DNA of 64,000 bases from an uncultured bacterium (GTDB lineage Bacteria > Verrucomicrobiota > Kiritimatiellia > RFP12 > UBA1067). The position numbers were made by a program, and so were the translations under genes. Position 1 is the stretch's first letter, and each line of letters starts with the position of its first letter. Shown piece by piece: positions 45,483-53,295 of the stretch. Location: NCBI GenBank assembly GCA_902800055.1, contig CADCCW010000011.1, forward strand, positions 2,270 to 66,269. Reading direction: 5' to 3'. The notes beneath the pieces are model-generated. The model did not search any database and was not told the origin of the DNA. It saw nothing but the letters and a program-made list of their open reading frames with translations.

Positions 45483-46589
45483 ATGAACAACGACTTCCTC
45501 GTATTCGACCACGTGACCAAGCGCTTCGGCGCGATGACTGCCGTGAACGACGTCTCGCTCACGGTCAGCAAGGGCGAGTTCTTTTCGCTGCTGGGGCCGT
45601 CCGGCTGCGGCAAGACGACGCTCCTCAGGATGCTCGGCGGCTTCGAGCGGCCGGACTCCGGGCGCATCTACCTCGAGGGCAGGGACATCACCGACCTGCC
45701 GCCGAACCAGCGCCGCGTCCACACTGTCTTCCAGAACTACGCGCTCTTCCCCACCATGACGGTGTGGGACAACATCGCGTTCTCGCTCAAGCTCGCGAAG
45801 AAGTCGAAGGCGGAGATCGAGGAGAGTGTGGACGGCATCCTGGAGATGATCCAGCTCTCCGACCAGGCGTGGAAGTACCCGAACCAGCTCTCCGGCGGCC
45901 AGAAGCAGCGCGTCGCCATCGCCAGAGCGCTCGTCGACCGCCCGCAGGTGCTGCTCCTCGACGAGCCGCTCGCGGCGCTCGACCTCAAGCTGCGCCAGCA
46001 CATGCTCATCGAGCTCGACACGATCCACGACCAGGTCGGCATCACCTTCCTCTACGTCACCCACGACCAGGGCGAGGCGATGTCGCTCTCCGACCGAATC
46101 GCCGTCATCAACCGCGGCAGGGTGGAGCAGCTCGACGGCCCCGCCAAGATCTACGAGGCGCCGGCGAGCCGCTTCGTCGCCTCGTTCATCGGCGACACCA
46201 ACTTCTTCTCCGGCGAGATCGTCGCGGTCGAGGGCGACTACTGCCTGCTCGACGTCGACGGCTTCCCGCAGATCAAGGCGTACAACGACAAGCAGCTCAA
46301 GGTCGGCCAGCGGGTTGACCTCTCGGTGCGTCCCGAGAAGATCCGCGTCACCATGTCGCCGCCGCCGCCGGAGAAGGGCGCGTCGATCAACGTCTTCCCG
46401 TCGAAGGTGCGCGACATCGTCTACCAGGGCGTCTACACCAAGTTCTGGGTCACCGCCGGCGACCTCAGGATCCAGTCCCTCAAGCCCCACTCCCGCTTCC
46501 TGCTCGACCAGGAGACGATCACCTGGAACGACGACGTGTTCGTCTGGTGGCATCCCGACGACGGCTACATGGTGGAAACGACGCCGTGA
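45483..46589 (+). CDS. potA: Spermidine/putrescine ABC transporter ATP-binding protein
   Basis: GPSGCGKTT, LSGGQKQRVAIARAL, LLLDEPL, and a C-terminal TOBE-like domain. Confidence 0.85.
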   Translation: MNNDFLVFDHVTKRFGAMTAVNDVSLTVSKGEFFSLLGPSGCGKTTLLRMLGGFERPDSGRIYLEGRDITDLPPNQRRVHTVFQNYALFPTMTVWDNIAFSLKLAKKSKAEIEESVDGILEMIQLSDQAWKYPNQLSGGQKQRVAIARALVDRPQVLLLDEPLAALDLKLRQHMLIELDTIHDQVGITFLYVTHDQGEAMSLSDRIAVINRGRVEQLDGPAKIYEAPASRFVASFIGDTNFFSGEIVAVEGDYCLLDVDGFPQIKAYNDKQLKVGQRVDLSVRPEKIRVTMSPPPPEKGASINVFPSKVRDIVYQGVYTKFWVTAGDLRIQSLKPHSRFLLDQETITWNDDVFVWWHPDDGYMVETTP

Positions 46590-47469
46590 ACAACCCTCTG
46601 CGCTCGAAAAGGACCGAATGGGTCGTCACGCTGCCGGGGTTCCTCTGGCTGGCGCTCTTCTTCGCCATCCCGGCGCTCATCGTGCTGGCGTTCACCTTCC
46701 ACGGCCACGACGCCTCGGGCGGCGTCGGCGAGTGGTCGCTCTCCACCCTGGTCTCCTGCGTGATCGGCACCACCTCGGCGCTCGCCCTCCACCGCTGGCG
46801 CGCGGTGGTGGCGGGCTCGATCATGCTGCCGTTCTGGACGAGTTTCGTGGTCAGGGTCTTCGCCTGGAAGACGATGCTCCATCCCGACGGCTGGCTGCAG
46901 GCGTGCTACTGCGCGTGGCTCAGGACGCGCGAATGGCTCTTCAGCTGGCTGCCCGCGGCGGTCCAGAAGCTGCTCGTCGCAATTGGCGCGGCGTCGTCCG
47001 AGCCGTTCTCGGAGGCCACCTCGACCATTCTCGACTCCGAGGCGGCGGTGGTGCTCGTCTCCGTCTACTCTTTCCTGCCGTTCGCGATCATGCCCATCTA
47101 CACCGCCGCCGAGAAGTTCGACTTCTCGCTGAGAACTTCTACGCCTTCCGCAAGATCTTCCTCCCCGGCGTCCGGCAGGGCGTCGTCTCGGCGGTGCTGA
47201 TGGTGTTCATCCCGGCTATCGGCTCCTACGTCATCCCGCAGATGCTCGGCGGCACCAACTGCGTCCTGATCGGCAACAAGATCTTCATGCGCGCGATCCA
47301 GAACCGCAACATCCCGCACGCCTCGGCGCTCGCCGCGCTGATGGCGGTGTCGGTGCTGGTGCCGCTCGGGATGGCGCTCTGGTGGAAGAAGCGCCAGGAC
47401 GCGCGCGGCCGCCGCCGCATCCAGGAGCAGTCGGCGCGCATGGGCGCGGAAGGGGGGCGCGCGTCATGA
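46586..47469 (+). pseudogene. potB: Polyamine ABC permease PotB-like, frameshifted and lacking the EAA-loop core
   Basis: The N-terminal part lies in the 46586 frame (...PIYTAAEKFDFSL). From about 47131 the rest (ENFYAFRKIFLPGVRQG...WWKKRQ) is in another frame. The expected xEAAxDLGA segment, seen in potC as ITEAAYDLGAG, is missing at the junction. Confidence 0.6.
46738..46802 (+). repeat. 65-nt exact repeat, copy in potB
   Basis: gctctccaccctggtctcctgcgtgatcggcaccacctcggcgctcgccctccaccgctggcgcg is identical to 47702-47766. Confidence 0.85.
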
Positions 47470-48290
47470 AGCGGTCGATGTTCTCGGTGGCGGTGCTCGC
47501 CGCGGTGCTCGCCTTCCTCTACGTGCCGATCGTGCTCGTCGTCGTCTACGGCTTCATCCCCAACGGCATCTCGATGTCGTTCTTCGACGCGCACGGCCGC
47601 TTCATCGGCTTCACCTGCAAGTGGTACGCCCAGATCTTCTCCGGCGACTACTCGGTGAAGGCGCTGATGCAGAGCTTCTGGCTGTCGCTCACCGTCGCCG
47701 GGCTCTCCACCCTGGTCTCCTGCGTGATCGGCACCACCTCGGCGCTCGCCCTCCACCGCTGGCGCGACCGGCTGCAGACCATCCACCACGCGCTCGTCTA
47801 CACCCCGCTGGTGATGCCGGACATTCTCATCGGCATCTCGCTCCTGATGCTCTTCGTGGCCGCCAAGGTGGAATGCGGGTTCTGGACCATCCTCATCGCC
47901 CACGTCACGTTCTGCGTCTCCTATGTGGCGATGACCGTGCTCGCGCGGCTCCAGGACTTCGACGACCGCATCACCGAGGCCGCGTACGACCTCGGCGCCG
48001 GGCCGTGGTACGCGTTCTTCCACGTGGAGCTCCCCATCCTGCTGCCCGGCATCGTCGCCGGCGGGCTCCTCGCGTTCACGCTCTCGATCGACGACGTCGT
48101 CATCACCTCGTTCGTCAACGGCGCCGGCACCAACACCTTCCCGACCTACGTCTCGTCGATGACCAAGCACTCGCGCAACCTGCCGAGCGTGTTCGCGCTC
48201 TCGACGCTGATGCTCATCTTCACCTGCGTCCTCGTGGGCGCCTCCAAGCTCATCACCAGCCGCAGCCACGCCACGGCCAAGAAGGGATAG
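47466..48290 (+). CDS. potC: Spermidine/putrescine ABC transporter permease
   Basis: EAA loop ITEAAYDLGAGPWYAFFHVELPILLPG with 6-TM topology. ATGA overlap with the potB remnant. Confidence 0.8.
   Translation: MKRSMFSVAVLAAVLAFLYVPIVLVVVYGFIPNGISMSFFDAHGRFIGFTCKWYAQIFSGDYSVKALMQSFWLSLTVAGLSTLVSCVIGTTSALALHRWRDRLQTIHHALVYTPLVMPDILIGISLLMLFVAAKVECGFWTILIAHVTFCVSYVAMTVLARLQDFDDRITEAAYDLGAGPWYAFFHVELPILLPGIVAGGLLAFTLSIDDVVITSFVNGAGTNTFPTYVSSMTKHSRNLPSVFALSTLMLIFTCVLVGASKLITSRSHATAKKG
47702..47766 (+). repeat. 65-nt exact repeat, copy in potC
   Basis: Identical to 46738-46802. Both copies encode LSTLVSCVIGTTSALALHRWR. Confidence 0.85.
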
Positions 48291-48299
48291 CCGGTCGTC

Positions 48300-49289
48300 A
48301 TGGCGGAAAGAAGGCAGAGCGAGGAACTGAACCGGTCGACGGCGTTCGACAACCGGCTCCGCCCGTCCGACTTCGAGGACTTCGTGGGCCAGTCGAAGGT
48401 ACGCGACCGCCTGATGCTTGCGGTGAAGGCGGCGAAGGACCGCGGCGAGACGCTCGACCACGTGCTCTTCTCCGGCCCGCCCGGCCTCGGCAAGACGACC
48501 CTCTCCTACATCCTCGGCGAGGCGATGGGGGTGAACGTCAAGACCACCTCCGGCCCCGTCCTCACCAAGCCCGGCGACCTTGCCGGACTCCTCACCTCGC
48601 TCGAGCCCGGCGAGATCGTCTTCATCGACGAGATCCACCGCATGTCCAAGACGGTGGAGGAATATCTCTATTCGGCGATGGAGGACTTCTCCATCGACAT
48701 CCTGCTCGACCAGGGACCCAACGCGCGCTCGGTGCGGCTCGATCTGCCGCGCTTCACCCTCGTCGGCGCCACCACCCGCATTGGGCTCATCGCCGCGCCG
48801 CTCCGCGCCCGCTTCGGCCTCGTCAACCGCCTTTCCTACTACGAGCCGGCGGAGCTCGCCGAAATCGTCCGCCGCTCCGCCGCCAAGCTAGGCGTCGATG
48901 TCGACGACGACGGCGCCGCGGAGATCGCCCGCCGCAGCCGCGGCACCCCCAGGATCGCCAACAATCTGCTCAGGCGCGTGCGCGACTACGCCCAGGTCAA
49001 GGCCGGCAACTTCATCACCGGACAGGTCGCCGCCGACTCGCTCGCGCTCCTCGAGATCGACCCGCACGGGCTCGACGAGATGGACCGCAAGGTGCTCGAG
49101 ACGGTGTGCGTCAAGTTCGGCGGCGGGCCGGTGGGACTCTCCACCATCGCCGTCTCGGTCGGCGAGGAGCCGGACACCATCGAGGAGGCGTACGAGCCGT
49201 TCCTGATCATGGAAGGGTACCTGGAGCGGACGCCCAAGGGCCGCGTGGCCACGGCGCTCGCGTTCGAGACGCTGGGGCTGGGGAAATAG
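48300..49289 (+). CDS. ruvB: Holliday junction branch-migration helicase RuvB
   Basis: [28 protein letters not shown] and [15 protein letters not shown]. Confidence 0.9.
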   Translation: MAERRQSEELNRSTAFDNRLRPSDFEDFVGQSKVRDRLMLAVKAAKDRGETLDHVLFSGPPGLGKTTLSYILGEAMGVNVKTTSGPVLTKPGDLAGLLTSLEPGEIVFIDEIHRMSKTVEEYLYSAMEDFSIDILLDQGPNARSVRLDLPRFTLVGATTRIGLIAAPLRARFGLVNRLSYYEPAELAEIVRRSAAKLGVDVDDDGAAEIARRSRGTPRIANNLLRRVRDYAQVKAGNFITGQVAADSLALLEIDPHGLDEMDRKVLETVCVKFGGGPVGLSTIAVSVGEEPDTIEEAYEPFLIMEGYLERTPKGRVATALAFETLGLGK

Positions 49290-49329
49290 AGAGTTTCAAT
49301 CCAAACACAACTCAGAAGGAGGAAAGAAA

Positions 49330-50574
49330 ATGAACAGCTCGAGAAGGGATTTCTTCAAGGCCGCCGGCGCACTCGCCGCCGTCGGCGCGCTCGCGTCGCG
49401 CGACGCGCTCGCCCACGCCCCGAAGCCGAAGCCGGGCAACAACCCGATCTGGCTGATGACCAGCGCCTTTGCCGCCGATCCAGACTTCGAGTCGGTCGTC
49501 CAGCGCGCGCTCGACCTCGGTGCGCAGGGTCTGGAGCTCTGCGTCTTCCGCCGCGATACCGACCGCCAGGACCACATCGCCACCCACCTCGACTACGACA
49601 ACTTCACCCCCGAGCGCGCGGCGAAGGTGATTGAGATCTGCAACCGCACCGGGCTCAGGATCTCCGTTGGCGCCTACGACAACCTCATCGGCGGCAACCC
49701 CGACCTGCAGGTGGTCAACCAGAACCACATCCTCAAGCTCGTGCGCATAGCGGCGATGCTTGGCGGCGACGCAAACGACGTCGTCTGCGGCACTTTCGTC
49801 GGCTATGACCACGTCCTCGGCCGCCAGGACGGCGGCTTCGAAAAGAACCTCCTCAAGTTCAAGCAGGTCTTCACCCCGATCCTCAAGTACGCCAAGGGCC
49901 TCGGCGTCACTCTCTGCGTCGAGAACTGCCCGATGGAAGGGTGGCAGCCGGTCACCGCGCCGGACGCCTACAACAACCTCCCCGGCTGCCTCGCCGCGAG
50001 GAAGCTCATGTACGCCATCCTCGACGACGACTCCAACCTCCAGGAGACCTACGACCCCTCGCACGACATCTGGCAGCACATTGATCCTTCTGACGTCATC
50101 AACGCGATGGACTTCAAGAAGCTCCGTCGCGTCCACATCAAGGGCACCCGCAACTTCGTCAACGACGAAGAGGCCGTCAACTGGGGCCGCCTCTATCCGC
50201 AGCAGCACGTCGACCCGGCGCTTGCGAAGAAGGCGGGCGTGCCGCTGCCCGGCAGCGAGTGGGACCGTCTCAGCTACGAGCCGCGCCTGCCTGGTTTCGG
50301 CGGCAGCGACAGCTGCGACTGGACCAAGTTCCTCGAAACCTTGATGGCGAAGGGGTATACGCGTCCGTTCGTGATCGAGAACGAGGGCTGCAACAGCTCG
50401 CACACCGGAAACATGGGCGCGACGCTGCAGGGCTTCAAGGCTACCATCCTCAACACCGCTCCAGTGGTGTGGCCGCTCGGACCCAACGGCTACGAGTGCG
50501 ACAAGTCGGCCCTGAAGCCGATGGTCGACCCGAAGATCGACCCGAAGCCGGTCACCATGAGCGATCTCGCCTAA
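49330..50574 (+). CDS. Tat-exported xylose-isomerase-like TIM-barrel protein (sugar phosphate isomerase/epimerase family)
   Basis: Twin-arginine signal MNSSRRDFFKAAGALAAVGA and an AGGAGG RBS. Family assignment rests on general sequence pattern only. Confidence 0.5.
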   Translation: MNSSRRDFFKAAGALAAVGALASRDALAHAPKPKPGNNPIWLMTSAFAADPDFESVVQRALDLGAQGLELCVFRRDTDRQDHIATHLDYDNFTPERAAKVIEICNRTGLRISVGAYDNLIGGNPDLQVVNQNHILKLVRIAAMLGGDANDVVCGTFVGYDHVLGRQDGGFEKNLLKFKQVFTPILKYAKGLGVTLCVENCPMEGWQPVTAPDAYNNLPGCLAARKLMYAILDDDSNLQETYDPSHDIWQHIDPSDVINAMDFKKLRRVHIKGTRNFVNDEEAVNWGRLYPQQHVDPALAKKAGVPLPGSEWDRLSYEPRLPGFGGSDSCDWTKFLETLMAKGYTRPFVIENEGCNSSHTGNMGATLQGFKATILNTAPVVWPLGPNGYECDKSALKPMVDPKIDPKPVTMSDLA

Positions 50575-50597
50575 ACGCGGGTGGAAGACTTGTCTCG

Positions 50598-50642
50598 CGC
50601 AAAGTTCGCAAAGTCCGCGAAGGCAGCTTTGCGAACTTTGCG
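50598..50642. terminator. Strong hairpin built from inverted CGCAAAG heptamer arrays
   Basis: CGCAAAGTTCGCAAAG (50598-50613), a 13-nt loop, then CTTTGCGAACTTTGCG (50627-50642): 16 perfect bp. It is followed by ttctttgcgg and lies 24 nt after the stop at 50574. Confidence 0.6.
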
Positions 50643-50664
50643 TTCTTTGCGGCTAAATCAAAGC

Positions 50665-50673
50665 ATTATACCA
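50665..50673 (-). promoter_or_regulatory. Orphan TGGTATAAT box on the minus strand, pointing into the hairpin at 50598-50642
   Basis: The plus strand reads attatacca. No ORF follows on the minus strand. Confidence 0.3.
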
Positions 50674-50748
50674 TGCGCAACGAAATTGTCAGAAATTGAT
50701 GTTTGGAGTTCCTAACAGGATATCCACACCCAAGACAAGGAGGCTGAA

Positions 50749-51183
50749 ATGAAGAAAACTACTGCAATCATGCTGATTCTCGCCGCTGCGCTCGTTTGCC
50801 ACGCCGATACTAAGACCACTTGGCGCGACGCGCAGGGCCGCGTGCAGGGCACGATGACCACCGACCGTTACGGCAAGACCACCTACCGCGACTCCATGGG
50901 AAGGGTGCAGGGCACCAAGACTACCGACAACTATGGCAAGACTACTTATCGCGATGCGCAAGGCCGTGTGCAGGGCACGATGACTACCGACAACTATGGC
51001 AAGACGACCTACCGTGATTCTATGGGGCGCACCCAGGGCACGATGACCACCGACCGTTACGGCAAGACCACTTGGCGCGACGCGCAAGGGCGCATACAAG
51101 GCACTGCGACCACAGATCGGTACGGCAAAACAACCTACCGTGACTCGATGGGAAGGGTGCAGGGTACCAAGACGGTGAAGTAG
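50749..51183 (+). CDS. Small secreted protein composed almost entirely of 21-residue YD-like repeats
   Basis: AAGGAGG RBS and signal peptide MKKTTAIMLILAAALVCHA, followed by 5.8 copies of TTYRD(A/S)(Q/M)GRVQGT(M/K)TTD(R/N)YGK. Confidence 0.75.
   Translation: MKKTTAIMLILAAALVCHADTKTTWRDAQGRVQGTMTTDRYGKTTYRDSMGRVQGTKTTDNYGKTTYRDAQGRVQGTMTTDNYGKTTYRDSMGRTQGTMTTDRYGKTTWRDAQGRIQGTATTDRYGKTTYRDSMGRVQGTKTVK
50815..51180 (+). repeat. 63-bp coding tandem repeat array (about 5.8 units)
   Basis: Units are conserved at the protein level but differ at synonymous sites, e.g. ggcaagaccacctaccgcgac / ggcaagactacttatcgcgat / ggcaaaacaacctaccgtgac. Confidence 0.75.
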
Positions 51184-51189
51184 CGCAAA

Positions 51190-52209
51190 TCAGAATTCCG
51201 GGATGTCCCAGACGGAGATGTCGCTCTTCTTGACTTCCACTGGAATAGAGAAATTCTTCTCCGGCGCCGTCTTAGCCTCGGTCTTGGTCTTTGGCTTTGC
51301 CGGTGCTTTGACCGCAGGCTTGGGCTTGGAAGGGGAGCCGGTCTTCTTGGCGGGAACTGGCGGCTCATCGTCCTCGTCGTCGTAGTAGCTGATCGCCGTA
51401 TCTTCATCCGGAAGGTCATCCAGTTCGTCTTCGTAGTAGCCCTCGTCGTACTGCGGCAGAGTTGACGTATCAAGGTTGCCGATCGTCAGCGAACGTGACG
51501 GACGAGAAGGGGTTGCCTGGCGCTGGTAGTACTGCGGATAGTACTTGCGGCGGTATTCCTCGAGCTCTTCCTGGCGGCGGCGCTCCTTGTCGACGGCTTT
51601 ACGCTGCCTGTCTTTTTCGGCGGCGAGAAGGGCTTTAAGGCGTGCGATTTCCTGTTCCTCCGGCGTTGGCCCCTTGGGCTTCGCGTCCTCAATCGCCTGC
51701 TTTAGCTTCTCGGCGGCCTCTTTGTCCTTCTCCGCCATCAGCTTCTCCTTTTCGACCAGAGTGCGCTCCGCGTCGTCTGCCTTGCGCTGGGCGTTGTAGA
51801 TCTTCTCCTGCAGCTCCTCGATCTTCTTGGTGAGGGCAATAACCGCCGCACTGTCCTGCGACGGCCTTGTGGCCGCCTCGGCGGCGGCGCGTTCGCGCTC
51901 GGCGTGCTCCTTGTCGGAACGCTCGCGCTCCTGCTGCATGTACTCGACCAGCCGGTCGTTGAGGTGCTGGTTGTCGCCGTAGGATCTTACCAGCAGCGTG
52001 ACGAAAATCGCTATGAGCGCAATCATCATCACACCGAAGAACACTGCCAGCGCCATCATCCGCTTGCGGGCCCGTGCCTGTTCGGCGTCAATGTATTCCT
52101 GGAACGCCTTAAGGATCGGAAACTCGTCCATAGACGATTCCGAGCCATAGATGCTCACTGCATGTGGGTTATTTTCAATAGTATCGTTAAGGTTTTGCAT
52201 GTTATCCAT
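51190..52209 (-). CDS. Hypothetical single-pass membrane protein with a charged coiled-coil and an acidic/Lys-Pro-rich tail
   Basis: TM ALAVFFGVMMIALIAIFVTLLV, E/R/K-rich heptad-like segments, and the tail YYDDEDDEPPVPAKKTGSPSKPKPAVKAPAKPK. Confidence 0.55.
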   Translation of the reverse strand: MDNMQNLNDTIENNPHAVSIYGSESSMDEFPILKAFQEYIDAEQARARKRMMALAVFFGVMMIALIAIFVTLLVRSYGDNQHLNDRLVEYMQQERERSDKEHAERERAAAEAATRPSQDSAAVIALTKKIEELQEKIYNAQRKADDAERTLVEKEKLMAEKDKEAAEKLKQAIEDAKPKGPTPEEQEIARLKALLAAEKDRQRKAVDKERRRQEELEEYRRKYYPQYYQRQATPSRPSRSLTIGNLDTSTLPQYDEGYYEDELDDLPDEDTAISYYDDEDDEPPVPAKKTGSPSKPKPAVKAPAKPKTKTEAKTAPEKNFSIPVEVKKSDISVWDIPEF

Positions 52210-52245
52210 AGTTGTTACGCATAAGATAGATTATGTAAACTTCGG

Positions 52246-53295
52246 TCAATCGGTTGGAAATACATACCAGCTGTCGATACGAGAGCTTTTAAGCTTGTTC
52301 ATAGCGTCATACAGTCGCTTAAGCTTCTGAGAACGCGATGCGTAGATGAAGCAAGTATGAATAGCCGAGAAATATTCGGCCTTGGCAAAGTCGATATCGC
52401 GCGGTGTGAGACGCGGGTCAAGCTCATCGCCAGACCAGTCCTGTTCAATGTAGACGAGTTTGTCGACGTCGTTGGTGACCGTCAGCTCAAAAGGCTGCAC
52501 GAGGCGTTCGTTGCGGTCGGACCATTTCTCAAGCGGCAGGAAGGCGCGGTAGAAGAGCTTGTTGGGATCTCGTCCGTTGATCTTCACCTTGTTGGAATCG
52601 ACGACTGCAAGTGCCCTGGCGGCGGCGATGGATTCGCCGACAGTGAGCTCGGGGGAAAAGTCGACTTTCACGTCGAGGGTTTGGCCACCAGCAGATTCGT
52701 CTTTGAGTCGCTTAAGCTCGGAGGCAATGGTGCCGGGGGCGAGGGAAATGGAAACAATCTTGGGACGGGTGGAACCGTCCCAGGAAAGGGTGAACTTGAC
52801 CTTGTCGCCCTTCTTGAGCGTCTTGGCGGCAACATGGGCGTTGTAGACGTCGCCCTGGGGATAGACGCCTTCAAAGACGAGCGGAGACTGTCCCAGCGAA
52901 TAGAACGCAAATGCCGCGCACGGCTGGTTAGTGGCTGCAATGGGACTCCCCTTCGCGTCTCGCGTGCCGCCGGTATAGATGATGTCGCCAAGCGAAAGCC
53001 CGGGCGGCATGGTGGTGACTATATACTCGGAAATCGCGGGTTCGATCTTCACCGGACATCCTACCGGCCAAAGGATGCAGTCGCGGACCGACTCGGCCTT
53101 GCCGCGCGGAATGCCGGCGGCCTCGATCTTGCGGCAGAATTCGTCGATTGATTCGTCGACGAGGAACATCGTCTCGTAGGCGTTGTCGGAGTCTTGGGCG
53201 GCGAAAAGGAACTCCACCGGAGCACCCTTCTCCAATCCAGTTGCGGTGGCGGAAAAGGTGCAGGTACAGGCGGCGGCGATAAGCGCGGCGATCAT
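52246..53295 (-). CDS. Hypothetical secreted protein or lipoprotein (349 aa)
   Basis: Signal-like MIAALIAAACTCTFSATA. GC content is lower than in the flanks. 4-nt overlap with the upstream aminotransferase gene. No motif recognised. Confidence 0.55.
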   Translation of the reverse strand: MIAALIAAACTCTFSATATGLEKGAPVEFLFAAQDSDNAYETMFLVDESIDEFCRKIEAAGIPRGKAESVRDCILWPVGCPVKIEPAISEYIVTTMPPGLSLGDIIYTGGTRDAKGSPIAATNQPCAAFAFYSLGQSPLVFEGVYPQGDVYNAHVAAKTLKKGDKVKFTLSWDGSTRPKIVSISLAPGTIASELKRLKDESAGGQTLDVKVDFSPELTVGESIAAARALAVVDSNKVKINGRDPNKLFYRAFLPLEKWSDRNERLVQPFELTVTNDVDKLVYIEQDWSGDELDPRLTPRDIDFAKAEYFSAIHTCFIYASRSQKLKRLYDAMNKLKSSRIDSWYVFPTD

